DNA of 64,000 bases from Diplonema japonicum (taxonomy: Eukaryota; Protista; Euglenozoa: Diplonemea): the NCBI GenBank assembly GCA_964019335.1, contig OZ025708.1, forward strand, positions 372,001 to 436,000. Reading direction: 5' to 3'. The notes below the pieces were generated by a model. That model worked only from the letters and a program-made list of their open reading frames with translations. It was not told the origin of the DNA and did no database searches. Below are positions 24,301 to 34,902 of this stretch, in pieces (the stretch's first letter is position 1; every line of letters starts with the position of its first letter). A program made the translations under genes and the position numbers.

Positions 24301-27300
24301 GTTGCAACGCATGCGCTGCAACTGTACGGAGGCGACTCCGATATCGCCAGGCAATGGCTGCTGGACGAGGCGAATACCCCTGCTATCGAGGAGATTATCT
24401 TAGGTAAGAAGTCCATCACACCCGATGCCAATGACATGCACCTGCTCCCCTTGAGCCACATATCCCACAACCTCACCAGCGACCTAGCCTCGCACATTGC
24501 GCATATTGAAGACCTTTCCCACGTGCTCGCATGGGTACTGCCTGGGCACGAAGAGCGCCGCATCAGCGTCATAGAGCTCCCCCGTCTCCGTCTGAAGCTC
24601 CAGCCGCAGAAAAACATTGAAGGCGAATGGAAGCTCTACCTTCTTGATCAGCCGGGTTGGTACTTATGCTTCTCGCCGCCCGAGGCTATCAAGCCTGTCC
24701 TCAAGGGCCTCCCTGAATACCTGCTAGTGCAGAACAGGTCCAGCGAGTACAAAGTGCTCATCCCCAACCACGACGTGATGCGTCCCAACATAGGAGGCGT
24801 CGCCTTCCCGTGCAGGTTAGTTCCCCTTAGGACTTCGCTCGGGTGGGAAGAAGTCATGGAGCAAAGGATGTACTCTTACCCCGTGCACGTGTCGAACAGT
24901 TTCTTGGTGAGCTCGGGGCTGGGCCCTACCTTGTACCTGCTGTTGGTCAACTTGCTGAGCAGGAACTACGAGGCTGCATACAGACTGACAGACGGTGTGT
25001 GCACAGATACCCAGCTGGGTCCTGATGAACAGTGGATCTTCGACCAGCTTGGGAAGTCCATGACCGACATGCACCCCGATGCCACGGCGTGCAGGATGCA
25101 GCTCAGCTTGGCTGTGATGTACTCTCCTGTGAAGTGCAAGTGGGAGCTACATGACGAGGCCGACTGGTACTTCACCGTGGAGCAGCACGTCTCCTCAAGC
25201 TGCACGCTATCGGACAGTGAAGTGGAGGCCATTGTGCGCAGGTGCTCGCAGGGCACACCACTCATCAAGAACAGGCTGGCCTTGATGACGAAGGGCGAAG
25301 CGGAGATGAAGCCCCCTGCGCCCGTCGTACCCGGTCAGCCATGGCTGAAGTTGTTCATGGCTTCGCAGAGTTTCATCGACACACACTGCAACAGGCTGCA
25401 GAGGGTCAAGTACAAGGCTCCTGAGGGTCTTCAAGACAAGGCATTTGCCGACTGGTTGTGGGAAGACAACCTCATCCAAGACGACCCCAGCGGCGGTGGA
25501 AAAGGGCTTGGTGCAGCATTCTTGTATCACGCGATAGACGGCGGTGTGCCGATGACGGTGGACGGGGTGGACATGTCGCAGACGACAAGCGAGCTGCTTA
25601 CAAGATGGATGCACTTGAAACTCGCACGATGGGGGAAGGAGGCCATTGAAGAGGGCGAGATCGAAGGAGTGTTGAGCAGGCACATCGTCCAGCTGGCACT
25701 GAAGCTCCGCAACAAGTCGAGGCTGTGGCCGAAGTTCCCTGTGGACCAGCGTGGCAGGGACGAGCTGAAGTACGGAGTCGACATCTACAAAGGAAAGGGC
25801 AGGGAAAGCTCCATCAGGATGTTCATCGACACATTGGACGCAGAGTTCACGCAGTGCGTATCATACCACAAGCAGCCTGGCAAAGCCCACGACGCCATCA
25901 CCACAGCGCTGGAGCACCTTAGGAAGAACCCGCTGTCGAAAACCAGCATTGGCAAGGCTGCACCGCAAACCAAGTTCAGACCAAAGAGCAGCGACTCGTC
26001 ATGCAGCAGCCGCAAGGTACCTGAACAGTACAAGGCAGCGCTTGACTTCCCTTTAAAACCCATCGTGGACGAGTTCATTAACTGGGTGCCCAACAGCGGT
26101 GAGGGTCTCTACGAGAAGCTCCCGTTCACGGTGCCTGCGGAGGCGGCGGCCACTCCTGTCGCATCGGCCATGATCACGCGGTTGGAGGATGACGTGAAGC
26201 GTTACTCCAACCTCACGAAGGAGAAGGTTGACCCGCAGCTGAAATGCTTCAGCGAGCAGGAGCTGGACGCGGAACTGGCGGGGAACAACACGAACGGCAT
26301 CAAGGTCCTGGAGGCACTGATCGCAAAGCTCGACCAGATGCGCACGTTGGACGCGAAGGACACTGCGGCAAGCATCAGCTCTATCGTGAATAAGGCAAAC
26401 TCGATCCCCCTTCCAAAGAAAGGTGCACCACGCGAGCACTCCGCAAGGGTGCACCATGCGCTTAAAAGGCTCACAAGGAGCAATTCCTTGGCGGACCTGC
26501 CGTACCTCGCGTCGCTGTTCCTCTCCACGAAGTCCTTTGAAGACTTGCAAGCGGTGAACCCTTACTCGCCAGACGTCACGAACGATGTGGTCCCGATTCT
26601 TATTCTTGCCAACCGTGCGGCTCATGCTAGCGCCGTTAAGTCTGCGGCTGAGAATCTCCGTATGTTAATCATGCGCGCTCTGCCAAAAGACTCCGAGATG
26701 CTCCCCCCGCAGCACTCTGGCGACTTCATGCGGTGCAAGAGCTCGAACATCGGCGGCGACGAAAACGTGAACCAACAGGAGCTGAAGATCAAACACGCAG
26801 CAAAGGCGCTTGCTGACCTTCTCGTCCAGAAGAGGTGGTACATGAAGGCCGACGGAATCTTCGATCCGAGGTTTTTGCTGTTCGAGTTCATCTTCAGCAT
26901 CAGGCTGCGAAAGCGCCAGGTGGAGATGGTGAACTGGTTTTCAGAGAACCTTAGAAACGGCGTTTCGCGTGTGCAGCAGATGATTATGGGGCAAGGCAAG
27001 ACACAGGTGGTGTCCCCGTTGCTCGTCTTGCTGCTGGCCGATGGGAACAGGCTAGTGACGCAAGTCATGCCGTCTGCATTGCTGGCACAGACGAGGGCGG
27101 TGCTGCAATCGTGTTTCATGGCACCGATCCTTCCGAAGAAGGTGTTCAGTCTTCAATTCGACCGTTCAGTCGAAGATTCGCCAGAAGGGATCATCTTGCT
27201 ACACTCCAAATTGATGACTGCGGCTAAAGACAGGGGAGTAGTGGTGGCACCACCAGAGGCCATCAAGTCGCTGGAGCTGAAGTTTATCGAGCTTCTGCAC

Positions 27301-30300
27301 TCGCTAGACAGCACGGAGGCGAACATGAACCTTGACGTGACGAATATGAAGCGGAAAGAAGCTGCCAGGATGCGCGACAGGATGATCAGCAGGAGCGACA
27401 TGGCTGACATGCTCGTAGACATTCTGAAGATGTGGCAGAGCAGCGCCCTGCTGTTGGACGAAGTTGATGTTCTCTTGCACCCTTTACGCTCGGAGCTGAA
27501 CTTCCCCATTGGGAACAAGCACGCCATCGACCTTGCCGGCCAGCGTTGGGACCTCCCTATGTTTGTCATGGACGCCATTTTTGGCGCCTCACGCGGCGTG
27601 CTGTGCGTAGAGCACGATGCCTTCTGGGCATCTGCAGAGGCGAAGGCAAACTGCACCCTCAAGGAGCTGTTGAAGGAGACACAGAACGCCCTCTACGAAG
27701 GTGTCAATTCCAACGCATTACAGACAAGCCCTCACCTTGTCTTGCTGGACACAGACTACTACCACTCTCATCTGAAGGTGATCTTCGGGAAATGGGCTGC
27801 CATGTGGCTTGCAAGATACATGTTGGAGGCCCCTGGGTGCGCGGATATTTTGAAATTCGTGACAGGCGGTGGTGATCTTACTGTGCAGAAGGCTAACGAT
27901 ATGAAGCTGCTGATGCTTACAAGGGAGTGGATGGGCGCGTTGCTGCCGCATGTTCTCAGCAAGATCGATCGTGTCGGGTACGGGCTGCTTCAGGAAGCAG
28001 ACATGGTGCTCGTGGACCCTAACACAACCACATCGCGACTCCTCACCGCGGTGCCTTTCGTTGGAAAGGACGTCCCCTCTCGCAGCAGTGAGTTCGCCCA
28101 CCCGGACGTGGTCATCGGGCTCACCACCTTGGCTTACAGGTACGAAGGCCTGAGGAAGAACGACCTGCGTGCAGTTATCGCACAGCTCAAAAAAGAATAC
28201 TCCAGGCAATTCGGCCCGAGGGACCGCCGCCCTGCATGCGTGTTGTACAGCAAATGGATCCATATCGGTGCTGAGATGTGCGGGGCGTCAGCAGAGTCCG
28301 TGCTTCCGCTGCCGCTGTTCCACCTGAATGACAAGAAGCAGTTCAAGAGGCTGTACAACTTGGTGCGCAGGGTGCCGGAGCTGATCTTGTACTACCTCGA
28401 CCACCATGTGTTCCCGGCAACGATGAACTTCCAAAGGTTAAAGATCAGTGCTTGCGGGCACGAGCTTGGCAGCGACCTTTTGTTTGGCCGCAGAGCAGGG
28501 TTCTCAGGAACGCCGTCGAACCTAATGCCCATCGACCTGGGGTGCTGCGAGTACGAGCCAGGCAGCGATGGTGACATCATCCACACCTTGACGTCCCCGC
28601 AAATCACCACTGCGGAGCTGAAGCTGAACTGGTCGGCAAAGAGCCTGCTACAGGACATCGCAAAGGCAGACCCGCCCTTCCACTCCCTCATCGACACCGG
28701 TGCCTACATCACCAACATGGACAACCACGAGGTGGCGGCGTACCTGTTGGAGTACCTCCCAGAGTGGTTCGAGGGTGTCGTGTTCCTCGACAAGCAGGAC
28801 AAGAAGATGATCATGCTCAGGAACAACAGGATCCTTGCCCTGTCACAGTGCGGTATCACGGAAGGCAGGAGGTTTACCTTCTACGACCAGATCCACACAA
28901 CAGGGATGGACATCAAGCACGCACCCACCGCCCGTGCCGTGGTCACCATCGGGAAGGACATGACCTTCCGTGACTACGCACAAGGCGCGTACAGAATGCG
29001 TGGGATAGGTAAGGGGCAGACTATCAAACTCTTCATCATCAACGAGGTGCAATGCAGAATCACAGCCGAGCTTGCCGATAAGTCAACTGGGAAGCCCGAA
29101 CTGGACGTTCCTTGCTGGCTGCTTCTGAACAGCATGAGGCTGGAGAACCTGCAAGCCATGAAGCTCGGTGAACAAGAACTGCAGAACACGTGGCGGAAGC
29201 ACGCGCTCTCGGGCCTTGTAACCGAGGTGGACAAGAACAGAAAGGACTTGTCCACACATAGGCTGAGGAGGTTTGAGAATGACGCGTGGCTCCGGAAGTG
29301 CATTGAGGAGTACCGCGAGGTGATCAGCCACGACATCTGCACCGAGGCAGACTCCCACCACGCGAAGGTGGAGAAACTGCTCGAAGACCACGCCGAGTTC
29401 ACAAGAACCGACGACGACAAGAAGAGAGTAGCAAGGGTAGTGGAATCCATCAAAGGCGCTGCAGCGGGATACGACGGCCGCGACCTTGGATTTGAATCGG
29501 AAGTCGTTCACGAACAAGAAGCAGAGCAAGAACAGGAACAAGAAGCCGAACAAGAGGAACAAAGGGAGTCGGCGTTCTCACGAGATGACGAGCAGCACAA
29601 CCCATGGATGTGCAAGGCACTCACGACGAACATGGCGGAGAGCTGTTCGGAACACGCGCACACAACAGGCGAGACTCCATTCTACCCTGTCAGCAAGTTC
29701 AAGGCAACAGAGGTAATGCCGGTACTCCCGTTTCCTTCAAAACTTCTCCTAACCGATAATTTCTTCCGACCCACATGGCTAGGACTTGGTGAAAGGCGTC
29801 TCAAGGTCGCGTATATTGTGTTGGAATGGACACCTGCTGAGGGAGATAACACCGGCATCGCCATCCTGTCCCTTGCAGAGGCGGAAACCCTTCGGTGGAT
29901 GATACACACTGCTCACCCAAGCACCTTAGGAGTATCTAACATCACACTGTCAACAGTCCACGGTAGAGTTGTCGCGGGTACAGGTGACACACCACCAGGA
30001 GAAGATGTACTTTTATGCGTGCGGTTCATCAATGGTGAGATGTACTACACCGAGGAGCAGTTGAAAACTCTTGACGAATCGTTAAAGCAGGCCCCGCTGA
30101 GCGATCGAAGGGAGTTTTTCTTCGAGGCAGTCCGTCTACGGAGGAGGCAGAAGGGGATGTTCTCTGACACACCTGTTGCGAAGCTCTTCACACCTGTTGA
30201 AGAATGGCATCTTATTCGAACAAGGGGGCAGGTGGAGTACATTGGACAGGCCTTGAAACACGCGTCTCTAAAAGGAACTGATGTGAAGGAGGTTTTCGAG

Positions 30301-30781
30301 AGGTATTCTTCAGAAAAGGGTGTCGTCACCCCGCAACAATTGAGGCTTCTCCTTACTGCGTTGGTGCCGGGGGTGTCTCCTGGGGATGTGCAGAATGTGG
30401 TGAACAGTTTCAATTTGGAGGCGATTCCTTACGACGCATTTTTGACAGGTTTCGGGCTGCCGCTTGACCTCACTCCTACCGTGAGGCAAGAGGCGGAGGT
30501 CGCAACGCAGCCCAAGGGGTTCTGGCAGTGCCGCAACTGTACTTTTATGAACACCCCGGAGGCTGTGCAGTGTGCTATGTGCGATTATGGCTGGGCGGGC
30601 GTGAGGGAGTGTCCTGTTGATAAGTGGATCTGCGCTCCGGAAAACGGTGGGTGTAGTTATTTTAACCCCAAAACGCTGTATTACTGTGAAGTATGAAAGA
30701 AGGGGGGACATTTAAAAAAAAAAAAAAAAAAAACAGATGTGTAACCGAGCACGACCTGATCTTGCGACGATTTCGTTTTGA
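18388..30781 (+). CDS. giant (~4,115 aa) DUF3638/DUF3645 helicase-like protein with thioredoxin, UBA, EF-hand-like and RanBP2 zinc-finger domains
   Basis: WCNPC thioredoxin site at 19735, two UBA-like repeats at ~23965-24370, QMIMGQGKT at ~26977, DEVD at ~27457, AVPFVGKDVPSRSSEFAHPD at ~28050 and QGAYRMR at ~28980. Terminal intron 30691-30736 completes a second zinc finger (YCE|MCNRARP). Confidence 0.88.
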
Positions 30782-31542
30782 GAGGGGGACAAAAAGAAAG
30801 AAAAAAAAGATAAATAAGTGTTGCAGTACAAAAAAAAAAAAAAGAAAAAAAAAAAGAGGAATATTTTGCCCGTTTTTTTTCTATCTCATCCTTGGATTAT
30901 TATTTCTCTTTTTTTTTTTGGCGGTTTTTTTTTTTTTTTTTTTGGCCCTTTTCCCCTTGCTTTCTCCTTTCTTTCTAGCAGCGCAATACGTTGACACACA
31001 TACTTTCCCCCCTTTTTAATTTTTTTTCAGAAAAAAAGCACAAAATGAAAAAAAGGAAAAAAAGTAATTTCAAAAAAAAAAAAGAAAAAAAAAAAAGGAA
31101 ACGTAATTTAGTTTAACCACTTTATGAGTTAGCTGAAACTTTTAAAAAAGACTTGAGTAAAAACTATCTTATATAGTTCACTGTGGGGTGGGTTTAAATG
31201 GTTTTTCTTTTAGAGTAAACTTAACTGGGTCGGTGTTTTTTTTTTTTTCTCTTTTTTTTTTTTTCTTCCCATTCTTTTTCTTCAGTCGGTTTCCTTTTTT
31301 TTTTTTTTTTTTTCCTCCACCCTAACCCTCCAATGTTTCACTTGGGAAACACAACAAAAAGCGAGGAAAACCTTTATTTTTACTTTTTTTTCTTTTCTTT
31401 TTTATTTTTTTTTATTTTTGTTATTCGCCATTTTTTTTGTTGCAATCACTAGGAAATTCCCCCCCCCCCAAGCAATTAATTCACCCACAAAGGAAAAAAA
31501 AAAAATTCCAGCGGCAAAAAAAAAAAAAAAAAAGATGCCAAC

Positions 31543-32982
31543 ATGATAATTCCAATTTTGGTGATCCTCAGCTTCGGGGTGGCCATGCTGCTGGCGTTGA
31601 CGCTTTGGCTTGTCAAAATGGTCAAGGGGGAATTGATCCCGAAGGTCAGCAAAGACATCGAATCCTCCAGCAGCACAGAAGGCAGCAGCTCCGCCATGCT
31701 CGTTCAGAAGAAACCCGACATAGGCAATGTCCCAAAACACATGTGGGAAGGGAAGCTAAAGAAAATACTGGGTGAGCACAAATTGTGGTCAGTAACAGAA
31801 GTTCTATGGTACTACCCAGATGTGAAGGAGGGCTTCGAGTGCCCCAACTCACTCTCACAAAATGTCGGCAACATAAAAAAACTTCTTACAACCGACGCCA
31901 ACGAAACGCGAGCAAGTATACGCAGCACTTCAATACCAGGTGAAGACTGGGAAAAAACCCACCTTCTCGGCAGCGGATCTTTCGGGGAAGTTTGGAAAAC
32001 ACACACCCCACGCAATAAGACACCAATTGCCGTTAAGGTTATACACGTTCCACGAGATGCCTCGGATACCTCCATCGACAGTTTAATGAAGGAGATCTAC
32101 ACAATGGCAGGATTGAACTGCCCGGAAATCGTTCGTTACCATGGATCAGCTTTTAAAAAACCCACGAGGGAGCTTCATCTTTTCATGGAGTACATGGGTG
32201 GGGGGACGCTGTCCGACTTCCTGAAACAACCATCCGAGCCGTTCCCCGCCGAGCAAAAGTCATTCTGCAAACAGATCCTGAAGGGGATGGCGTGCCTCCA
32301 CGATAACAAAATAGCACACCGCGACATCAAAGCGGAAAATATTCTAATGACGAACGATTTTACCATTGTTAAAATCTCGGATTTCGGGACAGCGAAACGG
32401 CTTAAATCGTCCTGCGGTGTTACGCATGCTAGAACAGCGATTGGCACACCGCTATGGATGGCTCCAGAGGTGATTCGGGGTTGTGGTGATCAGGGTTACG
32501 GTGTTGCTGCTGATGTGTGGAGTTTTGGATGTTTAATGGTCGAAATTTTCAACAAAGGGAGCCCTCCATGGACAAAAGAGATGAAGGGTAATTGTTGGAT
32601 GGCAATGAACATAATAGGGAGCTGGGACAAAGACTTTCCATTGGGTATACCAGACAACCTCCCTGTGATGTGTCTTGAGATGATGAAAGAGTGTTTTCGA
32701 ATCGATCCTGGCAAGAGGTGGACGGCGGCGCAGCTAAGGAAGCATCCTTATCTGACGAATCCTGATTCTTATTATCTTACGGAGGAGAAGGTGAGGGATA
32801 TTGGGGAGTTGCGGCACCTTATCCAGAGGGAGGTGAGGAGCCCGACACCGCCGCCGCCGCCCATTGAGATGTACAGCGTTGAGCATGGTGGTGCGCCGCA
32901 ACAGTTGCCGCAGTCTACCCTCCCCGGCTTCACCGCTGCTGTTTCGATAGAAGGTTCGCCTGAGCCTTTCCCACAGTTATAG
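31543..32982 (+). CDS. Ser/Thr protein kinase (STE11/MAP3K-like) with N-terminal TM anchor
   Basis: GSGSFGEV, AVK, HRDIKAEN, DFG and GTPLWMAPE; hydrophobic residues 2-24. Confidence 0.93.
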   Translation: MIIPILVILSFGVAMLLALTLWLVKMVKGELIPKVSKDIESSSSTEGSSSAMLVQKKPDIGNVPKHMWEGKLKKILGEHKLWSVTEVLWYYPDVKEGFECPNSLSQNVGNIKKLLTTDANETRASIRSTSIPGEDWEKTHLLGSGSFGEVWKTHTPRNKTPIAVKVIHVPRDASDTSIDSLMKEIYTMAGLNCPEIVRYHGSAFKKPTRELHLFMEYMGGGTLSDFLKQPSEPFPAEQKSFCKQILKGMACLHDNKIAHRDIKAENILMTNDFTIVKISDFGTAKRLKSSCGVTHARTAIGTPLWMAPEVIRGCGDQGYGVAADVWSFGCLMVEIFNKGSPPWTKEMKGNCWMAMNIIGSWDKDFPLGIPDNLPVMCLEMMKECFRIDPGKRWTAAQLRKHPYLTNPDSYYLTEEKVRDIGELRHLIQREVRSPTPPPPPIEMYSVEHGGAPQQLPQSTLPGFTAAVSIEGSPEPFPQL

Positions 32983-33584
32983 TTTTTTTTTTTTTTTTTT
33001 TTTTTTTTTTGGAAAAAAAAAAAAAAAGAAGTTGTAAATGGCTTTTTTTTTTTGGAAAAAAAAAAAAAAAAAAACTGGTGACGCTTCCGCTCATGCATGG
33101 GTTTTTGTGTATTGCTTCTTTTTTTTTTTTCCCCCTTCCTTTTTCCCTCCCCAAATGGCTCCAGATCCTTTTTTTTTAATAAAAAATGGATCAAACAAGT
33201 CTATGACAAGACTGGCACTCTTTCTCCTCATGAAAAAAAATTGCGAACGAAAAAAAAAAAAAAAAAAAAGAAGCATGATTTGCTCCTCAAGCATTTGCTT
33301 GTTCTTCTCCACATCTCACTGCTCTACTTCTCCTTACAGGGTGCTTGAAGTCCCCAATTTATCTCCGCCTTCAATATTTCCCCCCCCCCCCCAAGATTTC
33401 ATTATTTTGTGCCCCTCCTATATGGAGGGGGTGATCCAATATAATGAAAAAAAAAAATGCATGGGAAAAAAAAATGAAGGAAAATCTTCTCGGTCTCGGA
33501 TTTGTTCTGCCCCCCCCCTTCCCTCCCCTCTTTTTTTTTTTCTCGCTCTTTTTTGTTCCCGCCTTTTTTTTCTTCTTTTTTGTT

Positions 33585-33623
<39 letters not shown>

Positions 33624-33766
33624 TTATTCGTGCTTCTTGGCCCCCTGAGGACTGTCACACGAGCTTGGTCTGGCCTCCATGACTATGTCCCTTTAAACAA
33701 AACAGTAAAAAGTAAGTGGGGTGCACTCCCCCCATAAAAAAAAACTAAAAAAAGAGAGAAAAAAAT

Positions 33767-34333
33767 ATGTCGAGGATAAACAGCAAAGCAAGCGGTGTGT
33801 CCACAGAAGGGTACTCTCATGCTGGAGCGCCGGTCACGCGAGAAAAGGAGAATACTCTCGTCAAGCAGTTAAAAGCTGAGATCGCCTCTTTGGAAAGAGA
33901 GCTTTCAGGCCAAAAGGAGCTGGTTCAGAAAACCAACAAGCGTGTGCGAACCGTAGAGGACAAGGTCCGCGCCATGGAAAACAGGCTGCAACGGCCCATG
34001 GTGACGCTCGCAGAGGGATACATAGACTGGGCACGTGGGTGTTGCCCTGCAGCTGCAGAAGACACCATTCTTTCCTACCTCCGGTCTATACCTTTCTTAG
34101 AAGGAATCTTCCACACCGTTGTAAACATCTCGAACTTGCCCGAAGTGCGTTCTGCCCAGGATAGCGCGATTTCTATTCTGGTTGCAAAAGACCTCTCTTT
34201 GCTGCGGAAAATGTGGGGCTTCACCATGCTTGCCGTGGCAGTGTGCTGGGTGCTGACGTGCATGGCTCTGGAGCATACGCTACCTAAATGGGTGAGGCTG
34301 CATCGAGAGAAGCAGTATGGGGAGTCGGAGTAA
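33767..34333 (+). CDS. hypothetical coiled-coil protein with C-terminal TM segment
   Basis: ORF after an A-run; heptad-like region and hydrophobic GFTMLAVAVCWVLTCMAL. Confidence 0.55.
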   Translation: MSRINSKASGVSTEGYSHAGAPVTREKENTLVKQLKAEIASLERELSGQKELVQKTNKRVRTVEDKVRAMENRLQRPMVTLAEGYIDWARGCCPAAAEDTILSYLRSIPFLEGIFHTVVNISNLPEVRSAQDSAISILVAKDLSLLRKMWGFTMLAVAVCWVLTCMALEHTLPKWVRLHREKQYGESE

Positions 34334-34354
34334 TATATATTTATCTTTTCTTTC

Positions 34355-34386
<32 letters not shown>

Positions 34387-34425
34387 ATGCTAGTTAATGA
34401 CAGCGTAAAAGGCGGCTTTTGTTTC

Positions 34426-34458
<33 letters not shown>

Positions 34459-34522
34459 CAAACAGTACTTCTCCAAGGGACGCTGGGCTTGCGGCTCTCA
34501 CGGATTTTTTTTTATTTCTTTT

Positions 34523-34580
<58 letters not shown>

Positions 34581-34639
34581 TTTGTTTTGCATGTGACCGT
34601 CGACTTCCTTTTTTTTAAATTCTTTTTTTCTTCCCCCTC

Positions 34640-34830
34640 CTTTCCATCTTCGCCACCAGCCCCTTGTGCCATACTGTGTCGAAGGCACCTTTGAGGTCAA
34701 AGAACATCAGTCCACCCCTGTCTCCCAGTTGTATTTGAAATACTGTAGTTTCTTCGCGGAGGCTTTCAACAGGGGGACCACGTTTGCACCGTTCTTCCCG
34801 CACCCAGGAACAGCACAGAAGTGATGTCCA
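34640..34830 (-). mobile_element. fragment of a non-LTR retrotransposon reverse transcriptase
   Basis: Minus strand 34707-34645 reads MFFDLKGAFDTVWHKGLVAKM, matching the LINE RT motif F.D..KAFD.VWH.GL..K. Confidence 0.7.
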
Positions 34831-34902
34831 GGTTTTTTTTTTTTTTTTGAAATATGGATTAAAAAAAAACTTTTCAAAACAGGAAAAAAAAAAAAAAGGA
34901 AA

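Noticed and set aside
31100-31235. Possible TTAA-flanked MITE
   Set aside because: The candidate ends are not true inverted repeats.
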